In this document: piece by piece, positions 13,176-34,630 of the stretch
Layout of the letters: the number at the start of each line of letters is the position of its first letter
How positions within the stretch are numbered: the first letter of the stretch is position 1
DNA from: the human T2T-CHM13v2.0 reference genome, Homo sapiens
Assembly (NCBI RefSeq): GCF_009914755.1
Contig: NC_060928.1
Strand: one strand, 5' to 3'
DNA length: 64,000 nt
The notes under the pieces: model-generated
The model's database searches: none
What the model was told of the DNA's origin: nothing
The model's input: the letters and a program-made list of their open reading frames with translations, nothing else
Translations under genes and position numbers: made by a program

Positions 13176-14679
13176 AATGGCTTTTAGCCCAGTACCCAGT
13201 GTCACAAACAAACACTTATTTTGGCTCAAGAGAGTTGAGCCAAACTCTCAACTCTACCCTGAAACTCTACCTTAGCCTAATCTCATCTGGATTGCATCCT
13301 AGATTAACGTAGAGAAGCTTGAAATGTGGATTCTTTTCATAATTTCCAGAAGCTGGAGGAGAATGCTAAACCACTGTATGCGCTTACTCCTCTCCTCATT
13401 TCCCCAAACATACTTTGTTCCTCTCAATCCAGAGTAGAAATGTAGAAATTCGGGATCTGCCTGATTATCTAATCTCTTATTTCTCTCTTCTTTAACTTTC
13501 ATGACATTCCCTGGAGACAATGAAGAATTGTGCCCTCTTTGAACACCCTAAAACATCCCCTCTTTCCATCTCAGCTAAAATTTAAGAGGGTACTAGACTG
13601 TTCTCCTGCACTATGTACTTCTGTGCACTTAATATTATCAGCTAGGTGATAATTGAGATACTAAGTGGAGAAAAATTAAATTTGAGAGATCCTTTCTTAA
13701 AACGATATCTGGATTGAAAATGTATACAATTGTATAATTTTTTAATGTCAGAAGCTAAATATTACTAATATGCCTATTTCACTCTACATTACCTCTGTCA
13801 CAAATTACAATCTCCTCTTGCCTCTTGCCCACTAATACTCTCATCCTCACAGATGGCTACCCCGATATTAATACAAAAGCCCTGTACACTTTACACAGAA
13901 GGACAATGACAGTAAAATATATATTAATATATTCTATAAATAATTTGCATTAAGTATTATAACCAATCAGTTTACACTTAGAAAAATGACTATAACTGCA
14001 TTACCTCTTGCTACCTTTTCTATTTAAGGTATAAAATATCTTCATACATATATATAGAGAGAGCTAGAAGTCTTATTTAAATTTATAACTATGTGAGCTA
14101 TAAAAAGAATTTTTGACATGTACTTTTTAAAACTAGAAGATGCTCAGTACTATTCTTGTGCATGTAGAACCAATTGTCTTCAGATTTTGATATATTTATT
14201 CTTAATAGAATGCTATTACAGTTATTAACTATTTTCTTTTCTGATTCTTTATGTATAAATTTGAAATAAATTATCTAATTGGTATTGATCTTTTTAAAAA
14301 TCATATAAATATTTTACATTCTTCATTTAAATTCCAAGTCATCGCATGTTCTATTTTAAACCTCTATTTACATAAAATATTATGCTCTTAATTAAATTGC
14401 TATGAATCTATATTACTGAGTCCTAATGCACTTGCAGACAAGGTTTTTATACTTTATAAAACTATGTATAGGTTTTACTGTTCAAAATGAAAATATAATA
14501 CAGCAGGTGTAATGTCTTCATTTAAAAGCTATCTGAATTTTTTTCAATATATTATTTGGATACTAACATTTGGGTCACAAATTCTAAGTTCAGATTCCTT
14601 TTCAAGTTTTTACTATAATTAATAGTGACCTTGTGAATGCTATGTCTCTGCAACTGTGCAGGCAGGCAGGCGGTCATTA

Positions 14680-15322
<643 letters not shown>

Positions 15323-16364
15323 AGCATATCCTCAATTAGATAGATTGTAACTATTTAAAAGCATATCAATTCAGAAATGAAATGAGTGACCTTGTGATGT
15401 AAAATAATTATTACATGGCATTTACCATATGTCACCTATGATGAATAATTTTGCTATATTAACTAATCAAATCACCACAATAATTTAATGAGACAGTCAG
15501 GGGGCAGAATGGGGATTTAAATTAAAAAAAAATATATCTGACTTCAGAGTCTGCTGTTAACCTGCAATTTATACCAGCCCCTGTAAATGGTAAATTTCTC
15601 ATTATTGGAGATGTTCAGCAAGTTTAATGAAAGCTTGTCAGAGATTGTAAGAAAAAAAAGTCCTTTTAAGGTCATCTTCCACAGTACAATCCCAATAATT
15701 TGTCATATCCGAATCAACAAAAAGCAATGCAGAGAAAAAAAAAGCATTTGATTTCAAGAAGATTCACTGAGAGTTATACGATTCAATAACAATGAGATAT
15801 TCTTAAAATTAGAAAATAAGCTAAGTATTCTAAAAGTCAAGTATTTGAGCTTTTAACCCCCAAAAAAGAAGAAAAAAAATCAGTTCCAATGAAGAGATGG
15901 AGTATGAAAAGAATTTTTCCACAGTTTGCTTGGTCTCTGACTTACTGATGACTATTACTATGTTATGTGGAATCTTCCAACATAAAGTCATTAAAACAAT
16001 AAAATCTGACGTATTGGCCCCTGTTGCTGTTAGCCAAAAACAAATATCCTAGTAATATGCAGGATTACTTATGGTTCAGACACATTGAGGATGCATTTAT
16101 GTCTGAGATCAACTCACTCTGTTTTTCCAATTAGACTTATACCAAAGTCCTCATGGAAGAACCCTTCATTCCAGTCACTGTCCTGCCCAAGTTACTGTCA
16201 GAAGAGATGTTTAGAATGCTGGATCACAAAATTCATCCCCTCCTGACTTACTATGTCTTTCTTAGGAAAGGAGGTCTAGAATGGCAAGATGGTCTTATTC
16301 TCTCTCTCCTGGTCTCCATGTAGTTCCAAGTCCAGTCCTCACTCTCCTCCTGCTCCATCCCCCT

Positions 16365-16441
16365 ATCCCAGTGGCCCAGAGGTCCCCCAGCCTCCACTGC
16401 AGGGTCACTCCAGTCTGTCCACATGACACTGCCACAAGCCT
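16365..16441 (+). repeat. Copy 2 of the 77-bp dispersed direct duplication
   Basis: See 13099-13175. Confidence 0.9.
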
Positions 16442-18111
16442 GTGGGCATCTGACTCTCCTTCTCTGATGCTATGGAAAGATGAGTAAGCCTGAAATGAGA
16501 GGACTTGGTATGAGCCTGATTCTTAATGATTCAGTATGTGTCCATGCAGTGAATAGTGGCTCACTTCTTTTTGCTTACTTTCATTTTCCCCATTAGAAAC
16601 AAGACATAACAGCAGCTTTGTATGATTTGGAGAAGATAAACGCAAAGGTTCTGTAAAACTAGCATAGACAACTGTCATGTATTATTTGGTATTCGGTGTA
16701 TATTCAGTCTGAAACTAAATGATCAACAAATGCTGAGAAAAGTTATACACAAAGTCACTTCACATCTAAAAAATATATTATTTAGAGTCTAATGGTGAAG
16801 ATAATCTTAGGTCATAAGATTTGATTTTTTTCCAATAGATTTTGGATGAAACTAAACCTCTTGCCTGTATGCATATTTATCTCACATTTGTATGTGCATA
16901 ACATTATTTTCTATTGCATCTAACAACACCATATGATTTTCCCAAATATTTTTATAATAGTTACTTTAAGTCATGAAGCAGAGCTGTGGAATGCTGGGGA
17001 AAAAACAGTTAAGATCAGACAAAGTCAATCCTGAGCCAAAAGCAATGGCCTGACTCATTTCAAGCGAATGTGTATTTCAGTAGAGGCTGGAACCCAAAAT
17101 GTAACAGAATCTAAAAATAATGATGATCAAAAATTGTGCACAGTGTTGGCTTCTAGTTATAATTCGGTCTTTTTGGACACACTGATCTTTAAATAATAAG
17201 GTATGGGGCTGACTGTTACCATATGTTTCTTTTAAATTTTCAAAAAATATATCAAGTTAACTTCTCCTTCCATCCATGGACAAGATTCAGCTATTCTGAG
17301 TCAAATAATATTTCAACTATATGATCTTCTTTTGATGCTACATAATTCACTAAAGGATTAAAAAGAATGGTAGGTATATCTTATTTTCAACATCATCCTC
17401 TTCATTTATCACAAAAATTAGTAGAATAATGGAATAACCCAAAGTCCTTTTGCTTTGGAACATCTCGAAAACAAATATACAATGTAGGCTCTGACTGATA
17501 TGTAGACTTTGCTGGCATTATGCATTATTAGTGTTCTACTACTAAAAAAGGCAGTCAGGAATGAGTACGTATCACATATTTTTGTACTTCATAAATACTT
17601 ACTTTATTTTCATAAATAATAACCTTATAAACATAAACTATTAGCACCAAAGCTGTAATTGTTTAAGAAATTGTGCTAAGGAAAATTAGCTCTTATGAGG
17701 GTAAGCTTAGGCAGCATAAATGAAATCTCTTTGAGAATTTTTACCAAGTATTTTACTTTGAAATTATGTTCCTATTAGGAATAAGAAAATAATATCTCTG
17801 CCTAGTTAGCATATTAGCAGAAGACTGTTTCATATCATTGTCAATTCAATTATATGCAGCATTTATTAATGTTTATCATTAATACTGGCATTTCACAAAC
17901 ATTAATTCAACTGTCATAGACTGTCAGATCTATCAATTCTTTCATTACAATTAATTTATACTACTTTATATGATACATTCATTAAAGCATGAGACTAGTC
18001 CATAAATTTAGCTATGAAATTATTTTCTAAATATTATGTTAGGATATGTTCAGAGATACATGTTTAGTATATCTTTTAAAAACTGTTATAAACACATAGT
18101 TTTTTTTATGA

Positions 18112-18481
<370 letters not shown>

Positions 18482-18554
18482 TCAACACCCATATTTTAAC
18501 AGGTTATTTTTACCTGTAGTCCAAAAAAAAGTTCCCAATAATACACAAACAGCA

Positions 18555-18923
18555 CAGATGCTCCTCAACTTATGGTGAGGTTATGTCCAAATAAATCCAT
18601 AGCAGTTTGAAAACACCAACAAGTCAAAAATGCAGTTAATGTAGCTAACCTACTGAACATCAATTATAGCCTAGCCTATCCTCCCTTAAATATACTCAGA
18701 ACTCTTATATTAGTTTATATTGAACAAAATCATCTACAATAAAGCCTATTTTAAATAAAGTTTGTAATATCTCATGTAATTTATTGATTACTGTAATGAA
18801 AGTGAAAAACAAAATGGCCATACGGATATTCAAAGCACGGTTTTGACTGAACGTATGTAGCTTTTGCAGTATCATAAAATCAAAAAATTTTTAGTTAAAC
18901 CATCGTAAGTCACGGACTGTCTG
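18555..18923 (+). mobile_element. MER47A (Tigger-derived MITE)
   Basis: cagatgctcctcaacttatgg...ccatcgtaagtcacggactgtctg terminal inverted repeats (TIRs), followed by TA. Confidence 0.8.
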
Positions 18924-21370
18924 TACATTGAAAGCAATATAATTTACACTTTAAAGATTTTGTGTTATTTTATTATAGTATAATCTTCCTGACTAATTAT
19001 GTCTCTATGAGCAAGTAATATCATTATATCAGAGAATTCTATGGCAGATGTTTTCTAGTAAGACCTATGTATTAACTAGTTAAATACATATTTTACAAAA
19101 TTCTTACCCCTTTGGCTTCTCCTATGACTTTTACTTGGATCTACAGAGATCTCCCACCTGCAGGCTCAAACCAGAACTGTTCCTGTCTGAAATGGGAAAT
19201 ATAGCAGCAGCCTCAGTTTCTCAATCTTATAGAATTTAGTCATATCATCAGTTCTGGCATTTCATGGGCAATGACTGTCAGTTTCTTTATAACTCCTACC
19301 ACTATCGCCTGCTACCCCCATTAACTTTTGTCCCGAGAGCCCAGGTTATGGTTTATACAGAAAAACTAATATGTTCTTGAAATCCAGACATTCTCAAACT
19401 CTGCTTCCTCAATAGGGGAACCTATTTCTCACAATATTCTTATTGTGAGAGTTTCAAAAGGTATGCATCACAATCATGTTTATTTCATGCGAACATAGTT
19501 CCCTGGCTCTGAGATATGTGGAAACTCACTGTACTAACTTTATAAGTTTTCCATTATTTTAAAACTGTTCTAAAATTTCCATTAATCTAAAACGGTTCTA
19601 AAATTATTTTTTAAATGCAGCCCCCTGGGTTCTATAATATATCTGCTAAATTACAATTCCTAAAAGTGGCATGATGGGGAGCTTACTTTAATAAACACCT
19701 TAACTGATTCTTATGTACACCAGAGTTTCTGTACTGACCAGGAACAGGCTTACGCCCTCTGTACTCTCTTCAGTATTGTCCAATTGGCCGACAAATCCAC
19801 CTTCAAGGAGAAACTGGAACCCAAGATGCTATTATTATCACCCAGTCTACCATTCATGTTCTTGTTCTGTGTCTACTGAGGGTAATAACTTTCTAAGCAT
19901 AGAAATTAGCCTGGAAGTACTTGTAGGCAGGTCAACATATCAAATAGACCTCCTGGATTAAGTAATTTGGCATAAACACCAAACTCCCTTCATCAGGTTC
20001 AACTTGAAGTCCTGGAGTAGTCCTCCCTCCCTTGCTAACTCCCTTTTCTTAGATCATCAGATGTCTCCTCCCACTGACATGTTCCTGAGTTAGAATGGAG
20101 GCAAGAAAGAGAATGATGAACACTGTTTTGGAAAGCAAAAAATGCATCACCAAAACAAAATTCTAAAAAATAAGCACAGAGGTGCAGTCAATGAGAGTGT
20201 TTAATATGTTTCTTCCGGCTTTCTAGACTCAGAATTCTATTATTTAATATTTATACTATTTAAATATATTTATATACTACTTATTTATTTTTAAATAACT
20301 TTTACTTTAAATAACCTCAAAATACAAATGTTACTTCCAGTTATCTAGTTGTACTGACTGATCAACTATATCACAATTGCTGAATCCACTCATCAGAATT
20401 TGTTAAGATAAAATTTGTCACATTAGCTTTGCATGAAGGATTCTTATGAAATCCTGAAAACAATTTTGAGAAAATAACCAGATCACTATTAAGTCTTTTA
20501 AAAATAGTCTTTACTACACTTTTCTTTCACAGGAGCTGAAAAAATAAAATTAGTATTATTTTAAGGCACAAATTGGCCACCTAATACTTCAACCTCTCAT
20601 TTGCTTATTAAGATCATTTTCCATACTTTTCAATTTCCATATGTAGCAGTAAAGTCTCCTGAATAATTGCAGAGAGTTATGTTTGTAATAAATTTCTTAA
20701 ATTACTTGATTTCAATCTGGTCTGCTTTTATAAGATTTAAATTAAATTAATGAAGAGGAAGTGTCTCTGTGTGCCTAAGTAGAATAAAAGCCAAAATATT
20801 AAAAGAACATGTCAAAACCTGAGTCACATCATCCAGCGCTGGGAAGCTGGTATCAGGCAGCCTGAATCCCTGTGCTGCTTTTGTCCAGTGGAGACCAAAT
20901 CAGAAACAACAAGTCATTGTGGAGTATTGTTTAAAAATGAATGTGCTGAAGATTTTCTGATTTGTATTTATTATCCACTGACCTGTTCTCAATGGATTTC
21001 ACAAAGAGAAGCAAAACTAATTACCTCAGGCCAGGCTGTCTGGAAAATAATGACATGATGATTTAGAGGAAAGGATTCATTCTTTAGAGGTCTTCTGGAA
21101 TAGTGTATTTTTTTAAAGTTAAATATGACACCTTTTTGAAAATCAAACTTTTGCATTTGAGCTAATGCACCATCATTTCTTTGAATTAAAAAGTCAGTGC
21201 TAAACAATGAAGACCTTTGTATACTAAATATTAATAACATTAGTTTACTTCATCTTAAGTGATTGTAGCATACTTGAAAAGAGACTTGCACAATACAGAA
21301 GATTATATGGGAGTGCTTTAGAAATGAAGAGAGAAAATAATATGATAACCTATTAAGAAGTCTTAGAGCA

Positions 21371-21556
21371 CAGGAGGTCATCACTTAATGTGGTTGATAG
21401 GTTCTTGGAAACTGCAACGTTAAGCAATATATAGCAGGCACTCAAAATCATTTCATTAAGACGTTGATGAGAAAAAAAAATTGTTTCTTTTATATGTTGT
21501 TTTACTTAAAGTCATAGTTTCCAAGAATCTACTGACAACATTGTGAGGACTTATGT
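21371..21556. mobile_element. MER6B/C-like Tigger-family MITE with long inverted ends
   Basis: taggttcttggaaactg...ttaag pairs with cttaaagtcatagtttccaagaatcta. Confidence 0.7.
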
Positions 21557-21875
21557 ATATGTGAATTTGGTGCATTCTGGAAAACTGTAGAGGTCACAAG
21601 ACCTTAGAGAAACATAACTAAAATAAAAAGGTGAATCTGTAAAATGATTATACACTTATGACCACAAAAGTAAAGCTAATCAAAAACACAGTGGAAGTTT
21701 GACCAAGCAGGCAATATAATATCCACTCCCAGAAGCCCTAATTATGAAGTGCTCTTGTGGTTAGGGAATAATCATATGAAAATTAGTAAAGAGGAGCTAG
21801 AGATGGAACTTCAGTGATCCAATTGGTTCCACTTTGGGTAAGGTCTAGAAGGGTTTGGAAGAGAATTATATTGTC

Positions 21876-23951
21876 CAGACATATCTCATTTTATTGTGCT
21901 TCACTTTATGGTGCTTGGCAGGTATTGCATTTTTTTACAAATTGAAGATTTGTGGCAACCCTACATTAATCAAGTCTATCGGTTCCATTTTTCCAACAGC
22001 ATGTGCTCACCTTATGTCTGTGTGTCACATTGTGGTAATTCTCACAATATTACACAATTTTTATGATTCTTAATCTGTTATCATCATCTGTGATTAGTGA
22101 ACTTTAATGTTATTATTGTAATTGTTTTAGAATGCCACAATGCACACCCGTATAAGAGGGGAAACTTACTTGATAAATGTTTGTGTGTCGACTGCTCCAC
22201 TAACTGGCCACTCCCCCATCTCTCTCTCTCTCTCCTTGGGCCTCCCTATTCCCTGAGACTCAGCAATATTGACATTAGGCCAATTAATAACCCTACAATG
22301 GCCTATTAATGTTCAAGTGAAAGGAAGAGTTGTACATCTCTCACTTTAAATCAAAAAATAGAAATGATTAATCTTAGTGAGGAAAGCATGTCAAGAGCTG
22401 AGATAGGCCAGAAATTAGGCCTCCTGTGTCAGTTAGCCAAGTTATGAATGCCAAGGAAAAGTTCTTGAAGGAAATTAAAACAGCTACTTCAGTGAACACA
22501 TGAACACTAAGGAGGTGAAATAACCTTAGGACTGATACGGAGAAAGTTTTATTGGTCTGATAGAAGATCAGACCAGCCACAACCTTCCCTTACACCAAAG
22601 ACTAATCCAGAGCACTCTATATATCTTAAATTCTATGAAGGCTGAGAAAGATAAGGAAACTGCAAAATATAATAAAGGTTTAAATCTAGCAGAATTTGGT
22701 TCACAAAGTTTAAGAAAATAACCTGTCTTCAAAACATAACAGTGCAAGGTGAAGCAGCAAGAGCTGCTATAGAAGCTACAGCAAGTTATCCAGAAGATCT
22801 AGTCAGGAACATTGATGAAAGTGGCTACACTACACAACAGGTTACCAATGAAGGCAAAATAGTCTTACACTGAAAGAAGATACCATTTAGAACTTTCATA
22901 ACTAGAGAGAAGTCAATGTCTGACTTCCAAGCTTCCAAGGACAGGCTGATTCTCTTGCTAGGGGCTAATAAAGCTGGTGACATTAAATCGAAGCCAATGT
23001 TCATTTACCATTCAGAAAATCCTATGGCCCTTAAGAATTGTGTTAAACCTACTCTGCCTGTCCTCTATAAATGGAATAATAAACCCTGGATGATAACACA
23101 TCTGTTTACTGCATGGTTTACTGAGAATTTTAAGCCCAATGTTGAGACATAGTGCTCAGAAAGGAAGATTCCTTTCAAAATATTACTGCTTATTGACAAT
23201 GCGCCTAATTACCCAGGAGCTCTGATGGAGATGTACAAGAACATTAATGTTTTATGCCTGCTAACAACATTCATTAGGCAGCCCAGGGATCAAAAAGTAA
23301 TTTGGACTTTCAAGTCTTATCATTTAAGAATTTTATTTTGTAAGGCTGTAGCTTTCATAGGTAAATTATTCCAATGAATCTGAGCAAAATAAATTGAAAA
23401 CCTTATGGAAAGAATTCCCAATTCTAAATGTCATTAAGGACATTTGTTTTCCATGGGAGGAGGTGAAAATATCAACATTAATAAGACTTTGAAAGAAGTT
23501 GATTTCGATGCTCACAGATGACTTTCAGGGGTTCTAGACTTTGGTGGAGGAAGTAACTGCAGATGTGGTGGAAATAGCAAGAGAATCAGAATTAGAAGTG
23601 GAGCCTGAAGATGTGACAGAACTGCTTCAATTTTATGATACAATTTTAATGAATAAGTAGTTGCTTCTTATGGATGTGTAAAGAAAGTGGTTTGTTAGGA
23701 AGGAATCTATTCCTGGTGAAGATGATGTGAACATCGTTCTAATGACGACAAGGAATTTAGAACATTATATAAACCTAGTTGATAATGTAGTGGCAGATTT
23801 TAAGAGGATTTACTTCAATTTTGAAAGAAGTTCTACTGTGGGTAAAATGATATCAAACAGCGTCACATGCTACAGATAAATTGTTCTTGAAAGGAGGGGG
23901 TCAATCAATGTGGCAAACTGCATGGCTATCTCATTTGAAAAAATTGCTCAG
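21876..23951 (+). mobile_element. Tigger1 DNA transposon, 3'-truncated, with a pseudogenised transposase
   Basis: 5' TIR-like cagacatatctc; ORF 22916-23152 ([33 protein letters not shown]...W...AWF) is a pogo/Tigger DDE fragment; many stops; no right TIR. Confidence 0.92.
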
Positions 23952-24055
23952 ATAGAAGACATAACAATACTTGTCCAGAAAAAAAAGTCATTGTATTAAA
24001 TTCGTTTTTATAGTTGTATGAAATTTTTTGTACTTCTTATCAAATTGGGTATCAT

Positions 24056-27015
<2,960 letters not shown>

Positions 27016-29104
27016 GATTATCATTATTTCTTGCTTGTTCATTTCTGAATATTAACTACCACAGAAGAGACTCTCTCAGTTGCATACCGTTACTCAAAAT
27101 ACTTTTGTAGCTTCTTCCTTGACACCCTACTGTAGAATCCACCACCCCCTGTATCTATGATCTGATAACCTTGACTTAATATTTCTATTACTAAAATTAT
27201 CACATTACACTATAATTGTAGATGTGCTCTCCATACAGTTTTTAGTTGAATGCCAAATAGTTAAATGTCAAAATCAATATTTAGAATAGGACAACTAACA
27301 CCATTCTACATTGAACTTATTGGACTTCCAGAAAAATCTGAAAATGTTCCCGAAAATGTAATTACGATTACAATTTTACTACTAAAAATGTTAAAAGTCA
27401 ATTCTAAGAGTTTTAATATTAAGTCAGAAAAAAATTTCTCCACTCACTTTTAACTGTGGATATTGGGTATGCAAAAGTTTTGGAGTAACTGTGCCAATAT
27501 AGGCTACTCTGTGGATAGTGACATTGCCACTAAATTTGAAAGTTTTCAGTTATTTAGGTAAATATTTCAATTCCTGTGAGGTCATAACATCAATTTCTCA
27601 AATGGAAGTTTTTCTTACTGATTGAAGAAGATTCTGCATATTTTCAAAACTGTCTTCACATATTATTTTATCGGGAATATTTTTATTTAGTTGTTGCCTT
27701 ACACTTACTTAAGGTAATTTTTTTTTCACTCTTGGATTTAGCAGTCTAGCAATGGAGATATTTAATTGGTTTCTGTATAACAAATCTCTAAATTCCCACC
27801 TGTACCTCAGGTTTCATTCCATGCACACTCATTTCAGCATGCTCTGTGAAGCAATACGTTAGAAGATTTTTTGTTTTTATAGCAAGCATAATATAAGAAA
27901 TACTTCTGTCCTCAAGTCATACCAGTTTGGTTATTTCTTTAGCAGATTCTAATAAACTGTTCTTTACAAGAAAGCTGTCTTGTATGTTAGTACTGTCATT
28001 GATGTAATACAGTGTTAAAGCTTTCTTACATTAATCTTTTTTAAAAGTGTTATATCTTCAATTCCATCTTGTTTGAACATCTGATATCTGGCAAAGCAGT
28101 TCCGTTATCTTTCTTATGTCATGTAGATTATTTTTGGATAAGGTACAGTGATAACATGAAATCACTATTTTTCTGCTTAAGGGCAGTATTTCTGTTATGT
28201 TTTTTGTGCTACAATTAGTTTTCCAACACATACTAAAGGATGTGAACTAAATATCCATCATCTGCTTATTCCCATGTCACTCACAGTCTTCACCACATTT
28301 GTTTCATTGTCAGTCACAACTATATGACATTTTGGTTACTGATTTCCCATTCCATAAATAGGTCACCAGATTCACTCAGTTGTTAGCTTTGTGAGACCCA
28401 GAAAATTCTCAAGCAGAAGAATAATTAAAATCTTCATTGGTTCAGCATATCTCAAACTTAAAGATTTATGGTTATATCTTTATATCTAAATATGTAATTA
28501 TAAAAATGAGAAAAGTACTTATTCAATAATATCACAAACTTTTTTGTTGGTGTATACAACAGAAATAAATCAAGAACAAGCTTTTTGGCAACATGTCTTC
28601 TAGGCAGAATTCTGTTGCTTAGAATTTACAGCTTGAATAAAAATAAAAACTCCTTGATATTCTTTCACAGAAACTGCTTGCATTCTATTGCATTCATTTT
28701 AATTAGAATTTCCTCCAAATTTTTGCCTCTATAGGCTTAAAATAATAATTTAAAAAAATTTGGAGTCTACAGCTCCCAGTGTGAGCGACACAAAAGACTG
28801 GTGATTTCTGCATTTCCAACCGAAGTACTGGGTTCTTCTCACTGGGGCTTGTCAGACAGTGGGGACAGGACAGTGGGTGCAGCCCACTGAGCATGAGCCG
28901 AAGCAGGGTGAGGCATCTGCTCACCCAGGAAGTGCAAGGGGTCAGGGAATTCCCTTTCCTAGCCAAGGGAAGCGGTGACAGCCTGCACCTGGAAAATTGG
29001 GTCACTCCCACCCTAATACTGTGCTTTTCCAATGGTCTTAGCAAAAGGCACACCAGGAGATTGTATCCCGTGCCTGGCTTGGAGGGTCCCACACCCACAG
29101 AGCC

Positions 29105-29179
29105 TCACTCATTGCTAGCACAGCAGCTTGAGATCAAACTGCAAGGCTGCAGCGAGGCTGGGGGAGGGGCGCCCTCCAT
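29105..29179 (-). pseudogene. L1 antisense ORF0, truncated at 24 aa
   Basis: MEGAPPPASLQPCSLISSCCASNE* matches the ORF0 N-terminus; the rest (GVGPSKPGTGYNL...) follows the premature TGA. Confidence 0.75.
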
Positions 29180-29752
29180 TGCTGAGCTTAAGTAGGTAAA
29201 CAAAGCAGCTGGGAAGCTCAAATTGGGTGGAGCCCACCACAACTCAAGGAGGCCTGCCTGCGTCTGTAGGCTCCACCTCTGGGGGCAGGGCATAGCCAAA
29301 CAAAAGGCAGCAGAAACCTCTGCAGACTTAAATGTTCTTGTCTGACAGCTTTGAAGTGAGTAGTGGTTCTCCCAGCCAGAGTTTGAGATCTGAGAATGGA
29401 CAGACTGCCTCCTCAAGTGGGTCAGTGACCCCCGAGTAGCCTAACTGGGAAGTACCCTCCAGTAGGGGCAGACTGACACCTCACATGGCCAGGTACCCCT
29501 CTGAGATGAAGCTTCCAGAGGAACAAGCAGGCAGCAACATTTGCTGTTCAGCAATATTCACTGTTCTGCAGCCTCCGCTGCTGATGCCCAGGCAAACAGG
29601 GTCTGGAGTGGACCTCCAGCAAACTCCAACTGACCTGAAGCTGATGGTCCTGACTGTTAGAAGGAAAACTAACAAACAGAAAGGACATTCACACCAAAAC
29701 CCCATCTGTACATCATCATCATCAAAGACCAAAGGTAGATACAACCACAAAG

Positions 29753-30783
29753 ATGGGGAAAAACGGAGCAGAAAAGCTGAAAATTCTAAAAATCAGAGCA
29801 CCTCTCCCCTGCCAAAGGAATACAACTCCTCGCCAGCAGCGGAACAAAGCTGGACAGAGAATGACTTTGACAAGTTGAGAGAAAAACGCTTCAGACTATC
29901 AAACTTCTCCGAGCTAAAGGAGGAAGTTCGAAACCATGACAAAGAAGCTAAAAACCTTGAAAAAAGATTAGACAAATTGCTAACTAGAATAACCAGTGTA
30001 GAGAAGACCGTAAATGACCTGTTGGAGCTGAAAACCATGGCACAAGAACTATGTGACACATGCACAAGCTTCAGTAGCTGATTCAATCAACCAGAAGAAA
30101 GGGTATCAGTGATGGAAGATCAAATGAAAGAAATAAAGCAAGAAGAGAAGTTTAGAGAAAAAAGAATAAAAAGAAACAAACAAAGCCTCCAAGAAATATG
30201 GGACTATGTAAAAAGACCAAATTTATGTCTGATTGGTGTACCTGAAAGTGACGGGGAGAATGCAACCAAGTTGGAAAACACTCTACAGGGTATTATCCAA
30301 GAGAACTTCCCCAACCTAGCAAAGCAGGCCAACATTCAAATTCAGGAAATACAGAGAATGCCACAAAGATACTCCTCGAGAAGAGCAACTCCAAGACACA
30401 TAATTGTCAGATTCACCAAAGTTGAAATGAAGGAAAAAATGTTAAGGGCAGCCAGAGAGAAAGGTCGGGTTACCCTCAAAGGGAAGCCCATCAGACTAAC
30501 AGCTGATCTCTCGGCAGAAACTCTACAAACCAGAAGAGAGTGGGGGCCAATATTCAACATTCTTAAAGAAAAGTACTTTCAACCCAGAATTTCATATCCA
30601 GCCAAACTAAGCTTCATAAGTGAAGGAGAAATAAAATCCATTACAGACAAGCAAATGCTGAGAGATTTTGTCACCACCAGGCCTGTCCTACAAGAGCTCC
30701 TGAAGGAAGCCCTAAACATGGAAAGGAACAACCAGTACCAGCCACTGCAAAAAAGTCCATATCATAAAGACCATCGAGGCTAG
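29753..30783 (+). pseudogene. L1 ORF1p (RNA-binding chaperone), disrupted
   Basis: ATG at 29753 followed by a 1-nt deletion; TGA at 30079; 30109-30783 encodes SLQEIWDYVKRPNL...RATPRHIIVRF...YPAKLSF. Confidence 0.93.
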
Positions 30784-30803
30784 GAAGAAACTACATCAAC
30801 TAA

Positions 30804-34630
<3,827 letters not shown>

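Noticed and set aside
19130-20110. GC-richer tract with an 82-aa ORF (19713-19961)
   Set aside because: No recognisable domain; the ORF begins in MER5-like sequence and is probably chance.
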